From: the human T2T-CHM13v2.0 reference genome, Homo sapiens
Assembly (NCBI RefSeq): GCF_009914755.1
Contig: NC_060927.1
DNA length: 64,000 bases
Reading direction: 5' to 3' (one strand)
Below, piece after piece: positions 1 to 12,660 of the stretch. The notes below the pieces were generated by a model. It did no database searches, was not told the origin of the DNA, and was given only the letters and a program-made list of their open reading frames with translations. Positions within the stretch are counted from its first letter, which is position 1, and each line of letters opens with the position of its first letter. Made by a program: the position numbers and the translations under genes.

Positions 1-420
1 TTCCAAATAATCATGTGAATACTCTTACATATTTTTTAAATGAACAGATGCATGCCTTCCTATTGGGTGTATGCCTAAAAGCGGAATTGCTGGGACATGG
101 AGTCTGCATATGTTAATCCTTAATACTCAACAAAAAGTTCTACAAAGTGGTTGTGGTGAGAATTCCAATTAATTTCTATGAAAAAGACATAAATATCATT
201 TGTATTTTTAAATTTATCCATTCTAGAATGTATGGTTGAATATCATTGTGGTTTTAATTTGTATTTCTCTGATGAATAATAATGTTGAAACTTTTATTCA
301 TGTATATAACCTATGTAAATATTTTCTGAAGTATTTTTATTGAATTATCTATATTTTCTCACTTATTTTTAGGTTATATATTATACATGAATCTATTTTT
401 GAAAAGTATATGTGTGTATA
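1..420 (-). mobile_element. Old L1M (L1ME-like) ORF2 3' fragment
   Basis: 'tgggtgtatgcctaaaagcggaattgctgggacatgg' and 'tatcattgtggttttaatttgtatttctctgat' resemble antisense L1 ORF2 3' consensus; the element resumes collinearly at ~6770. Confidence 0.75.
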
Positions 421-662
421 TGTAAAATTAATATATAATTCCCATAAAGTGGGAATTTTGTATATAGCTATATATAATTATATTTAAATTTATAAATACT
501 TAAATTTTATATATATGAATTTTAAAAAAATATACTGAATTTGTCTAAATATATGTACATATATTTACTATATAATATATTGTCTATATTATATATATAT
601 TATATTATATATTATATATAAATGTACATTTATGTATATGTATGTATGTACATATATATTAT

Positions 663-1064
663 ATAACATATTGTCTATATTATATATTATATAACATATT
701 GTCTATATTATGTATTGTATAACATATTGTCTATATTATGTATTGTATAACATATTGTCTATATTATGTATTGTATAACATTGTCTATATTATGTATTGT
801 ATAACATATTGTCTATATTATGTATTGTATAACATATTGTCTATATTATGTATTGTATAACATATTGTCTATATTATGTATTGTATAACATATTGTCTAT
901 ATTATGTATTGTATAACATATTGTCTATATTATGTATTGTATAACATATTGTCTATATTATGTATTGTATAACATATTGTCTATATTATGTATTGTATAA
1001 CATATTGTCTATATTATGTATTGTATAACATATTGTCTATATTATGTATTGTATAACATATTGT
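663..1064. repeat. 28-bp AT-rich minisatellite (ataacatattgtctatattatgtattgt), ~14 copies
   Basis: Units start at 691,719,747,775(2-nt shorter),801,...,1025, partial at 1053; degenerate unit at 663. Confidence 0.97.
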
Positions 1065-1260
1065 AATATATTATATAACATATAATATATTGTATATATT
1101 ATGATATATAATATAACATATAATATATTATATATTATAATATATAATATAACATATAATATATTATATATTATAATATATAATATAACATATAACATAT
1201 AATATATTATAATATAACATATAACATATAATATATTATAATATATAATATAACATAATA

Positions 1261-1415
1261 TATTATATGTTATATAATATAACATATAATATATTATATG
1301 TTATATAATATAACATATAATATATTATATGTTATATAATATAACATATAATATATTATATGTTATATAATATAACATATAATATATTATATGTTATATA
1401 ATATAACATATAATA
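1261..1415. repeat. Five identical 31-bp palindromic units (tattatatgttatataatataacatataata)
   Basis: Units at 1261,1292,1323,1354,1385; each is a 15+1+15 inverted repeat; lies in AT-rich low-complexity block ~420-1600. Confidence 0.97.
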
Positions 1416-1607
1416 TATTATATATTATATTGTCTATATTATATATATTATATATAATATAATATATATTTATAATATATTGTCTAAATATATGTACATT
1501 GTCTAAATACATAAAAATATATATACTCAGTGTAAGTTGTATATACTAAAATTATACTTAATATATATCTTATTTATTCATACATACTTATAAATACTAA
1601 AGTATCT

Positions 1608-4600
1608 AGGAAAACCTGAGTTCAAGATGGCGAAAAGGAAGCCTCCAGCTGTTGTTCACCCTGCAGAAACACCAAATTGCACAACTATCCTCATGCCAAA
1701 AAGCATGTTCGTGAGAACTAAAAACCAGGTGAGTGATCACGTACCTGGTTTTAACTTCATATTAAGGAAAGAGGTAATGAAAAGGGCAGGAAAGACAGTC
1801 TTGAATCACCTACTTTACCCCGTCCCCATTTCCTGGCAGAAAACATGTGATGCAAAGAGAATCTATGGTATTGGGGGAGAAAGAATACAGTGACTGTGGG
1901 ACTTTGCACTGGAACTCAGTGCTGCCCTGTCACAGAAGAAAGAAACACAGGGCAGAACTCAGTCAGCATCCACAGAGGGAGCATTTAGACCAGCCCTAGC
2001 CAGAGGAAAATCATTCATCCCAGTGGTCCGAAACTGAGTTCTGGCAAGTCATGCCACCATGGGTAAAAAGCTCTGGGGTACTAAAGAAACTTGAAAGGGA
2101 GTCTAGGCCACTAGGACTGCAGTTCCTGGGCAAGGCCTGGTGCTGTGCCAGGCCTAGAGCCAGCGGGCTTGGGTTGCACATGTCCTAGTGAGACATCAGC
2201 TGGGGTAGGCAAGAGAGTGGCACTAAGATTCAACTTTTTGATCTGTGAGCCAAAGGAATGCTTGCAGCCCAGGGAGCGATGGCAACCCAAGGCAGCACAG
2301 CTCTGGGAGACTCCTTCCTTCCACTTGAGGAGAGAAGAGGGGCAAGTACATAGGACTTTCTCTTACAACTTCAGTGTAAGATATAGTAAGATGCCAGTGT
2401 AGATATAGTAGAAGAGGGCACCAGGCAGAGTCCTGAAGCTCCAATTTCAGGCCACAGCTCCCAAATGACATTTCTAAACACACCTGGGCCAGAAGACAAC
2501 CCACTTCCTTGAAGGGAAGGAACTTCATGATGAATTCTGGCAGAATTCATCACCAACTGGTTAAATAATCAGCAATGGTAGCCTGGAACTACTCAACACA
2601 GGCCTTGGGTGAGACCTAGTGATGTGCTGGCTTTCGGTGTGACCTAGTACATTCCCAATTGTGGCGGCTAAGGGAAAAGATCCTGATATTTGAGGAAAGA
2701 GTGGGGAGAGTAAAGGAGACATTGTCTTGCAGCATGGATACCAGCTTGGCCACAGTGAAGTAGAGCACCAAGTGGGCTGGTGGGGGTCCCCAATTCCAGG
2801 CCTTGGCTCCTGGACAGCATTTCTGGACCTGCCCTGGGCCAGAGGGGAGTCTATTGCTTTGAAGTGAGAGACTAAGGACCAGCAGCATTCAACACAAGGT
2901 GACTGAAGAGCCCTTCAGCCTTGAGTATCAGTGGTAGACAGGCAGTACTCACTGTAGGCATGTACACACCACACTGTAGGCATGTACACACACATGCACA
3001 GTACACACCACTGCATGGAGCAGTGGTGGCCATGGGGAGAGATTTCTCTGCTTGAGGAAAAAGGAGGGAAGAGTGACAAGGAGTTTATCCTCCTTCTTGA
3101 GTGCCAGCTCAACTGCAGGAGAGTAGAACACAAGGTAGATTCATAAGGACCCTGACTTCAAGCCCTGGCTCCCAGACAGCATTCTGGACCAGCCCTGAGG
3201 CTAGAGAAAGTCACTATTCTGAAAGGAAGGAAAAAGCCTAGTTATATTTGCTACCTGCTAATTGGAAAGCCCTCGGCCTTGAGTGAACATAGGCAGTTAG
3301 TAGCCATGTAGTGGTCACTGCAAGCCTTGGGTGAGACCCAGTGCTGTCCTAGCTTCAGGTCTGACCCAATGAAGTCTCAATGTTGGTAACCACAAAGGTG
3401 CTTGTGTCACCCCTTCCTCCAATTCCAGGCAGCTCAGCACAGAGAGAGAGACTCTTTTTGTTTGGGGGAAAGAAAGAGAAAAGAGTAAGAATCTCTGCCT
3501 AATAATCCAGGGAATTCTCACATTTCTTACCCAAGACCACCAAAGTGGTATCTCTTTAAGTTTATAAGAGCCGCAGAATTCCTGGCTTCTAAAGCAGATA
3601 TTGCTGCAGTGACCGAAGATTTAGATCACAACACCCAAGACCCTTTGAATACCTGGCAAGCCTTCCCAAGAAAAATGGATACAAACAAGCACAGACTACA
3701 AAGACTACAATAATTACCTCACTCCTCAATTTCCAGATATCGACGAATATCCACAAGGATCAAGACCATTGAGAAAAATATTACTTCATCAAGTGAACTA
3801 ATCTCAGTGACTCAGTGACCAAGTGAACTAATCTCAGTGACTAATCTCAGAGTGACAGAGATATGTGACTTTTCAAACACAGAATAGCTGTTTTGAGAAA
3901 TCTGAACAAATTTCAAGATAACACAGAGAAGGAATTTGGAATCTTACCAGGTAAATTTAACAAAGAGATTAAGATATTTTTTAAAAAATCAAACAGAAGT
4001 TCTGGAGCTGAAAAATTCAATGGACATATCAAAGAATGAATTAGAGTCTCTAAACAAGAGAACTGATCAAGCAGAAGAAAAGTATTAGTGAGCTTCATGA
4101 CAGGCTATTTGAAAATACACAGTTAGTAAAGGAAAAAAAGAATAAAAAAGAAGCATGCCTACAAGGTCTATAAAATAGCATCAAAAGAACAAATCTAAGA
4201 GGTATTGGCTTTCAAAAGGAGGTAGAAAGATCAAGATAGAAAGTTTTTTTCTATCTATTTACTCTAAGGTACAGTAACAGCAAACATCCCAAAACTAGAG
4301 AAAGATATTAATATTTGAGTACAGGAAGGTTAATGAACAACAAGCAGATTGAACCCAAATAAAACTACCTCAAGATATTTAATAATCAAACTCCCAAAGG
4401 TCAAGGATAAAGAAGGAATCCTCAAAGGAGCAAGAGAAAAGAAATAAATAACACACAATGGACCTCCAATACAACTGGAAGCAGACTTTTCAGTGGAAAC
4501 CTTACAGGCCAGGAGACAATGGCATGACACATTTAAAGTGGTGAAGGAAATAAACTTTTATCATAGAATAGTATATCCAGTGAAAATGGACTTCAAACAT

Positions 4601-6730
4601 GAAGAAAAAATAAAGACTTTCCAAGACGAACAAAAGCTGAGGAATTTCTTCAACACTAGACCTGTTCTACATGAAATACTAAAGGGAGATCTTCAGTTTG
4701 AAAAATAAGTATCTTAATGAGCAATAAGAAATAATCTGAAAGCACAAACTCACTGATAATAGTAAATATACAGAAAAACACAGAATATTATAACTCTATT
4801 TTGATATATAAACTACTCATGTCCTAAGTAGAAAAGTGAAAAGATAAACCAATCAAAAATAACAACTACAAAAGCTTTTTAAGACACAGGCAGTGCAATA
4901 ACATATAAATTTAAAAAAAGTTAAAAGGCGGGAGGCAAAGTTAAACTATAGAGTTTTATTAGTTGTCTTTTTGCTTATATGTTATTTTGTTTATGCAATC
5001 AGTGTTAAGTTGTCATTGGTTTAAAATAATAGATTATAAAATATTATTTGCAAGACTCATATTAACTTCAAATCTAAAAACTTAACAACAGATACAAAAG
5101 AAATAGAAAGTAAGAAATTAAAACATACCACCGGAGAAAATAACCTTCATTTAAAGGAAGACAGAAAGGAAGTAAAGATGAAAGAGGAGATCACAGAACA
5201 ACCAGAAAAAAAAAAAAAAAACACGAAATGGCAGGAGCAAGTCCTTACTTATCAATGTAACGGTGAATGTACATGGAATAAACTATGCAATCAAAAGACA
5301 TAGGCTCTGAATGGATTTAAAAAACCTAAAGACCCAATGAATGAAAACTTGTATTCATATGCAGAAGAATAAAACTAAACCCTTATTTCTTGCCATATAA
5401 AAAATAAAATAAAATAAAATAAAAAATTAAAATGGATTAAGGACTTAAGTTTAAGATCTGAAACTATGAAACTACTAAAAGAAAATATTGGGGGAAACTC
5501 TCTAGAACACTGGACTGGGGAGAGATTTATTGAGTAATACCATTCAAGCCCAGGCAACCCAAGCAAAAATGGACAAATGAGATTATGTCAAGTTGAAAAG
5601 CCTCTGCACAGCAAAATAAACAATAAACAAAGTGAAGAGACAACTCACTGAATGGGACAAAATATTTGCAAACTCTCCACCTGTCAAAGGTTTAATAAGA
5701 AAAATATATAAGGAGCTAAAACGACTGTAGGAAAAAATCTAACAAATTCAATTTTAAAATGGGCAAGGATCTGAATAGACATTTCTCAAAAGAAAACATA
5801 CAAATGTCAAACAGGTATATGAAAAGGTGCTCAACATCACTGATTATCAGAGAAATGCAAATGAACACTTCAATGAGATATCATCTCACCATAGTTAATA
5901 TGGTTTTTATCCAAAAGACTGGAAGTAATAAATGCTAGCAAGGACACAGATAGAAAGGAACCCTCATACACCATCGGTAGGAATGTAAATTAGTAAAAAC
6001 TCTATGGAGAACAGTTTGAAGGTTCCTCAAAAAAACTAAAAATAGAACTACCATATGATCCTGTGGCCAGATATATACTCAAAAGAAAAGAAATCAGTAT
6101 ATTGAACAAATACCCACACTCCCGTATTTACTGCAGCACTATTCACATTATGCAAGATTTGGAAGCAACCTAATTGTCCATCAACAGATGAATGGATAAA
6201 TAGAATGTGGTACATATACACAATGGAGTACTATGCAGCCATAAAAAGAATAAGATCCTGTTGTTTGCAACAACATGATGAACTGGAGGTAATTATGTTA
6301 AGTAAAATAACCCAGGCACAGAAAGACAAACTTCATATGTTCTGACTTATTTGTGGGAGCTAAAAAATTTTTAACAATTGAACTCAGGAAGATAAAGAGT
6401 AGAATTATGGTTACCAGGGACTGGGAAAGGTAGTGGAAGTGGGGGTTGAAGATGATTAATGGGTAAAAAATTATAGCTAGATATAATGCATATGATCTAG
6501 TACTTGATAGCAAAACAGAGTGAGTAGAATCAATAGTAATTTATTGTATGTTTTAGAATAACTAGAATACTATAATTAGATTGTTTGTAACATAAAGAAA
6601 AGATAAATGCTTAAAGTGATGGGTGCCCCATTTACCTTGATGTGATTGTTACACATTGTATGCCTGTACCAAAATATCTCATGTACTCCATAGTTACATA
6701 TACCTACTATGTACCCCCAAAATAAAAAAT
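1608..6730 (+). mobile_element. L1MA (L1MA1-3-like) element: 5'UTR, broken ORF1, internally deleted ORF2, 3'UTR
   Basis: 5' 'caagatggcg'; ORF1 remnant ETLQARRQWHDTFKVVKE...RIVYPVKMDF (4493-4708); ORF2 start ~5228; ORF2 C-terminus from ~5341; L1MA-type 3' end 'tacctactatgtacccccaaaataaaaaat'. Confidence 0.9.
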
Positions 6731-7283
6731 AGATGACCCTCCCAAATCTATTAAATCATATATATTGTATATATAATTGCATCATTCAAAATCTCTGGTT
6801 TGGCTTATTCACTGTCTTAATGGTGTCATCTAATTACCAAAATTTTAAAACTTTAATATATTTTAATGAAGTTATTTGATTTTTATGGTGAGCACTTTCT
6901 TTGTGATGTATTTCACATATTTTTGCTCACTTCAAAGATATTATCCTATGTGGCTTTTAGAAATTTTGATTTTTTAATTGAATTTAGCTTTATGATCCAA
7001 CAGACATTGTTCTTGTGCATGGAAAAAGATAAAATTAAAGTTATAAATATCTAATTGACTCAGTATCATCTATTGAAAGGCAGTCTTTTCCTCTTACATT
7101 CTGGTGGGACACTTTACATTAATTAGCTCACCACAAATACATGGGTTTCGTTTTGGACTCTTTTCTGTCCTATAGGTCTGTTTTGTACTATTAATACCAT
7201 ACTCATGCCTTTATTAGCTGTGGATTTTCACTAAGTCTTGAAACATTATAAGGAAGCTTTCCAACAGTTTTCTTCTCTGATAG

Positions 7284-7654
7284 TGATATGGTTTGGCTGT
7301 GTCCCCACTCAAACCTCATCTTGAATTGTAGTTCCTGCAATCCCAACATAGCATAGGAGGAATCCAGTGGGAGGTAATTGAATTATGGGGGTGGCTACCT
7401 CCATGCTGCTGTTCTCATGACAGTGAGTGAGTTTTCATAAGATCTAATGTCTTTATAAGGTGCTTTTCCCCCTTTTGCTGGCAACCTCTGCTTGCTGCCA
7501 CCACGTGAAGAAGGATATGTTTGCTTCCCCTTCTGCCATAAATTTCCTGAGGCCTCCCAGCCATGCTGAGCTATGAGTCAATTAAACCTCTTTCTCTTAT
7601 AAATTACCCAGTCTCAGATATGTCTTTATAAGCAGTGTGAAATGGACTAATACA
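7284..7654 (+). mobile_element. THE1C-like solo LTR (ERVL-MaLR)
   Basis: tgatatggtttggctgtgtcccc...ggactaataca termini; 5-bp TSD gatag/aatag. Confidence 0.92.
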
Positions 7655-8949
7655 AATAGTGAATCAGCTATTCATAATCTATTGTATTTTCATCTAAATT
7701 TTCAAAACAGCTTATCAAATTTCATACCCAAAACAAAACAAAGCAAAAAGGAGTTGGAATTGTAATTGTCCTTGTGTTGAATACATAGATCATCTTAATG
7801 GTAACTGATACCTTCAAAATAGAAACTCTTCTAACTCATAAACATAATATGCCTTTATATTTATTTTGTCTTCTTTAATACTCCTCAATGTTTATGGTTT
7901 TCATTTTAGAGATATTGTACATTTTCTCATTTAATTTTATTTCTAGATATTTACACTTTTGATAAGGAAAATAATCTATTTATAATTTTTAATTTCATTT
8001 TCTATTATTTGCTGCTGTGATATAGAAACACAATTTCCATACAGTGTTCTTACAAAATGCATAAGTTAAATTTATTTTTGCCTGCTTTTTCTACAGATAT
8101 TGAAAGAAGTGTATTAAATTCTTTAACTATAATTATCAATATACATGATTATTCTTTGGGTCCTGTCAGTTTTTGTTTTAGGTGTATACAGCTTTGTACC
8201 TTTGTATCCTCCCTTTGTTTGGCCTTGATCATTATAAAGTGTTTCACTTTATCTCTCATAATATTTCTTGTCTTAAAATCTGATTAATCTGAAATCAATA
8301 TAGACACAACCACTATCTTCATATTAGTGTTTTAATTCAGTCTATTTTTTATATAAAGTGTGTTGCTTTTGAGCAGCATATATTTGGGTCTTTTAAAAAA
8401 TTCTAGCCAATCTTGATCTTTTGAATGGAGGATTTAATTTATATATATTTAATGAAATTACAGATATATTTGGGTTTTTCTGCCCTTCTGCTATTTGATT
8501 TTGATTTATCTTATCTGTTGATTTTTTATTTATTGCTATTTTATTTATTACTATTTTCTGGACTTTTTAATGACCTCTTTAACTTTTTAGGTAAACTGCT
8601 TTTATGTTATTCTTTTAGGAGTGATACTAGAGGTTACATTATGCATCCTTGACTTCTTACCATATATGTAAAAATATGACTTTAACCTTTTTGAACAATG
8701 AAAGAAGTTTACAATTGGAGCCTCTCCTCATTGCTTTGACACTGTAGATTTATAAATATTAAAAGACAGTATTATTATCATTTCCAAATAGTTAGCTATT
8801 TTAAATTTTTTACATATGCTTATCATGTCCTGTATGTTTCACTTCTTCCTGTAGTTTTATACTTTCATCTGGTATCATTTTTGCCTTTACATTGTGGATT
8901 ATTTTTACTTCTTATAGTGAAGATTTGCCTTTAGAAATTATCTCATCTT

Positions 8950-9190
<241 letters not shown>

Positions 9191-9615
9191 TTATTTTGCC
9201 TTTAATTTTTAAGGACACTTTCTTTGGATTTTAAATTGTAGATTGCTAGGATTTCGTCCCACCATCCTCCATCCCCTGCCCCAAAATATTAAAGAAAGTA
9301 TATTTCATTTTCCTCTGGCTTCCATGACTTTTGTTTAAAAGACAGTAATCGCTATTTTTCTTTATCTTTTGAGAAATACAATGTAGTTTTTTCCTCAGTC
9401 TACTTTCTCTTTTATTTGAGCAGATTATCTATAATGTGTCATTGAATCTATGTATGGTTTTATATTTACACTGCTCGAAAAAGTTTCATGAGTTCCTTGA
9501 CTCTGTGGATTGATATGTTTCATTAATTTGAAGAAATATCCCCTAATTCTATCTCTTGAAATGTTGCTTTCATCCCATTATCTGCTCTTTCCAATGGGGA
9601 CTGCAATTACACTTA

Positions 9616-9925
9616 CAGTCATCCCTTAGTATCCATGTGGGATTGGTTTTAGGCCCACTGCAGATACCAAAATATGCAGATGCTCAGGTTCTTTATATAA
9701 AATGATGTGGTATTTGCATTTAATCTGTGCATATCCTCTCCTATGCTTTGTCACCTCTAGATTACTTATAGTACCTAATACAATGTAAAATCTGTGTAAG
9801 TAGATGTTATACTGCATTTTTTTAATTGTTGTATTATTCTTTTTATTGTAATTATTTTGGATATTTTCAATCTAAAGTTGGTTGAATCCCCAGATACAGA
9901 ACCCATGGTTACAAAGGACTGACTA
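9616..9925 (+). mobile_element. MER2 (TcMar-Tigger non-autonomous DNA transposon)
   Basis: TIRs cagtcatcccttagtatccatg...catggttacaaaggactgacta with flanking TA; internal 'ctagattacttatagtacctaatacaatgtaaa'. Confidence 0.9.
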
Positions 9926-11741
9926 TATGCTTTATTATTTCACTGTATGCCAGATGTCTTTAATAACTAGCTTTATTCATTTCCTTATTGTTTCTATGTT
10001 TACCTAAGTTTGAATATTTTTATGGCTCTAGCTTCAGGTTTATTAACCTTATAAGGTTAATAAAGGTTCTATGTTCATTCTGCTATTAAACTTATAAAAT
10101 GATTTCCTAATTTCAAATATTATAATTTTAAAATTTCTAGACTACCATTTTAATTATATAGACTCCAGTTCTGCAGAAATATTTCATTATTTGTTTTGTC
10201 TTTTCCCTCTATTTCTTTTAACATATACACAATAGTTATATTAAAATTATAGTCTGTTAATTTCAGTATGATTATTTAGATACTTTTTCTATCTACTGTT
10301 TCTCTCTTCATTATCTGTCACCTTTTCCTCTTTTTTCATATCTTCTTAATGTTTTTATTGTATATCAGACAATGTGCCTAAAATAATTACACACTATATG
10401 TGGTATTTTTCTTTTTATTCCTCTGTGGAAAGGACTTCGTTTCTCCTCTCTTCAGTAGATTAGGTAATCAAATGATTGTCTCAATTCAACAAATCAATGA
10501 TCTGTATAGTAGGTATAGTTTAGAATTCAGTAAGCCTTAGCCAATTTTTTTTTCATCCTGTTCCTCATGCATGATCTTGCAGGCATTTGATTGAAAGCTG
10601 AAAGACTATAGGTATTTTATTGGAGGGTTCTTTTTCGGTTTGTTTGTTTGTTTTGCTTTGTTTTTAGCTATATTCCTTCTTGACCTACCCTGTAACTTCA
10701 AAATCTGGCAAATGCCTTGACCTGGAGACTGCCCATATATTTGAAGCAAGCCTCACTCCACAACCCCTTCCCTAAGACTTTAGTGGGATTTTGTCTCCTA
10801 AGTGTCAAGAGATGGCAAAGGATTTCATTCTGGCTTTTAAACATTTATAAGCCAAACCCCTAACCACTACCACCACTACCAGCAGCCCCCCGCACACACA
10901 AGTCACTCAACAAATGTCTCATCAGGAAAAATGGCCATGTGCTTGAGCTCTTCTAGAATCTACCTCATCACACCAGCCTCTGTAACAGTCAAACGCTTCT
11001 CTGACTTTCTTTTACTTAAGGAGAATCCATCTCCTTAGTTTAAACCCGATTTTCTGCTCATTCTCTGAATTAGTAAAAGTCCCCAAGGCATAACATTGTT
11101 TGTCAGATTGTTTAGGTAGGGGGCTGTTCCCAGTATGTAATTTTAGCTCTTCTAGTTCTTGTTAATTCCATATTTTTGACATATAAAATATAATATGTAT
11201 GATTACTCTTTTATTTTCTAGATATTGCAACAAAATCAATGACCTGAAGAGATGCTAGGTAACTTTGAAACTGTTAAGCCGAGGGATAAATTCTGATTTT
11301 TTCTCCTCCTCCTTTCCCTCAAGACTACTATTATTATTAAGTGATAACCTTGTCCCAAGCACAATGCTAAATGCATTACTGAAGGTGTCTCCCAAGAAAC
11401 ACAATAATTATCCCTATTTTTCCTATTTATATTTAGATTAACACAGGTTCAAGGAGGTTTATATAACTATAAAGCAATGGCATTGGATTTTGTCGCTGAA
11501 GTTATCACTCCAAAATGCATAGTTCCTACCATCATGTTACATGTCTCTCTTTCTTAGATAAATATATATATACAAATATATATTTATATATTTATATCCA
11601 CAATGAGATACTCAGACTACCCACACTTCTGCCCAACTGACTACAAATTCAAGGGTTCCCTCTCCCCTATTATCATGTTTTTATGTATTTATATACATCT
11701 ATCTATATGTATATATTTATTTATAGTGATATATACATGTA

Positions 11742-12479
11742 GCTATTTTGACACCAAATACTAATACTTGTCTTTCTTCCATACCAATTCTCCATTTTTC
11801 GATCACCAACTGAGTATCCAATAGTTCAACTCAGTTCTGACTCTGACTCCTGGAGTTAGTGCAGAACCACAGGTTAAGGGCTCAGTCTTACATGATTAGC
11901 TGCATTTCAGATGCTAGGCACGATGGGGTACTCAGATTATCTACACTTCTGCCCAATTGACTACAAATTCAAGGGTTCTCATTAACCTATTCTCGTGTTT
12001 AATAATTTTTCTAGAACACCCTAGAGAAATCAGAAAAAATATTTTATGTACCATTACCAGTTTATTATAAAGGAAACTACGCAGGAACAGACAAAGGAAA
12101 GAGATGCATGGGGCAAAGCTGAGGGTGAAGGTGAGTGCAGAGCTTTCATGCCTTCTCTGGGCACAAGATGATGTATTCAACAACCTAGAAGCTCCCGGCG
12201 TCTTGTGGTTAGAGGGTTGCACAAGGATGACTGTTTAAATCCTTGGGCTCTTAGCAATTGAACTCAATCTCCAGTTCCTTTACCCTTCCGGGAGGACAGG
12301 AATGGAGCTGAAAGTTCCAACCCTCTCATCATGACTTGGTCTTTCTGGCAGTTGGTCCCCACTGTGAAGCTGTGCAAACTTTCCCCTTGGAATCCTACCC
12401 AGGAACCTCAGAGTATTCGAAGCTTTGTGCGGGGAACCAGGGACAAAAGTGAATATTTATTTATTTTTATTATTCTACA
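11742..12479 (-). mobile_element. MER21-family LTR
   Basis: 'ttctgactctgactcctggagttagtgcagaaccacaggttaagggctcagtc' and end 'ggaaccagggacaaaa...attattctaca'. Confidence 0.75.
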
Positions 12480-12529
12480 TTATTTTTCCCAAGGAGTGAT
12501 CTGTACACAGGTTTGCCATCAGAAGAGGA

Positions 12530-12660
12530 AGTTTATGCTCTAGCTCTTCTACTACTTTAAAGTGTGACCTTGGGTTCAACACTTAACTTTCCTGACTCTC
12601 ACTTTCTTCATCTATAAATGGTAAGAATAATACTTCATTGGGTAGCTCTACAACAGAAGT
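12530..12660 (+). mobile_element. MIR fragment
   Basis: 'gtgtgaccttggg...cttaactttcctgactctcactttcttcatctataaatgg' MIR core. Confidence 0.7.

Noticed and set aside
1037-1285. 82-aa Y/I-rich ORF
   Set aside because: Translation of AT-rich tandem repeat
663-1415. CRISPR-like array of 28-31 bp repeats
   Set aside because: Units are directly adjacent with no unique spacers, there are no cas genes, and the context is primate DNA
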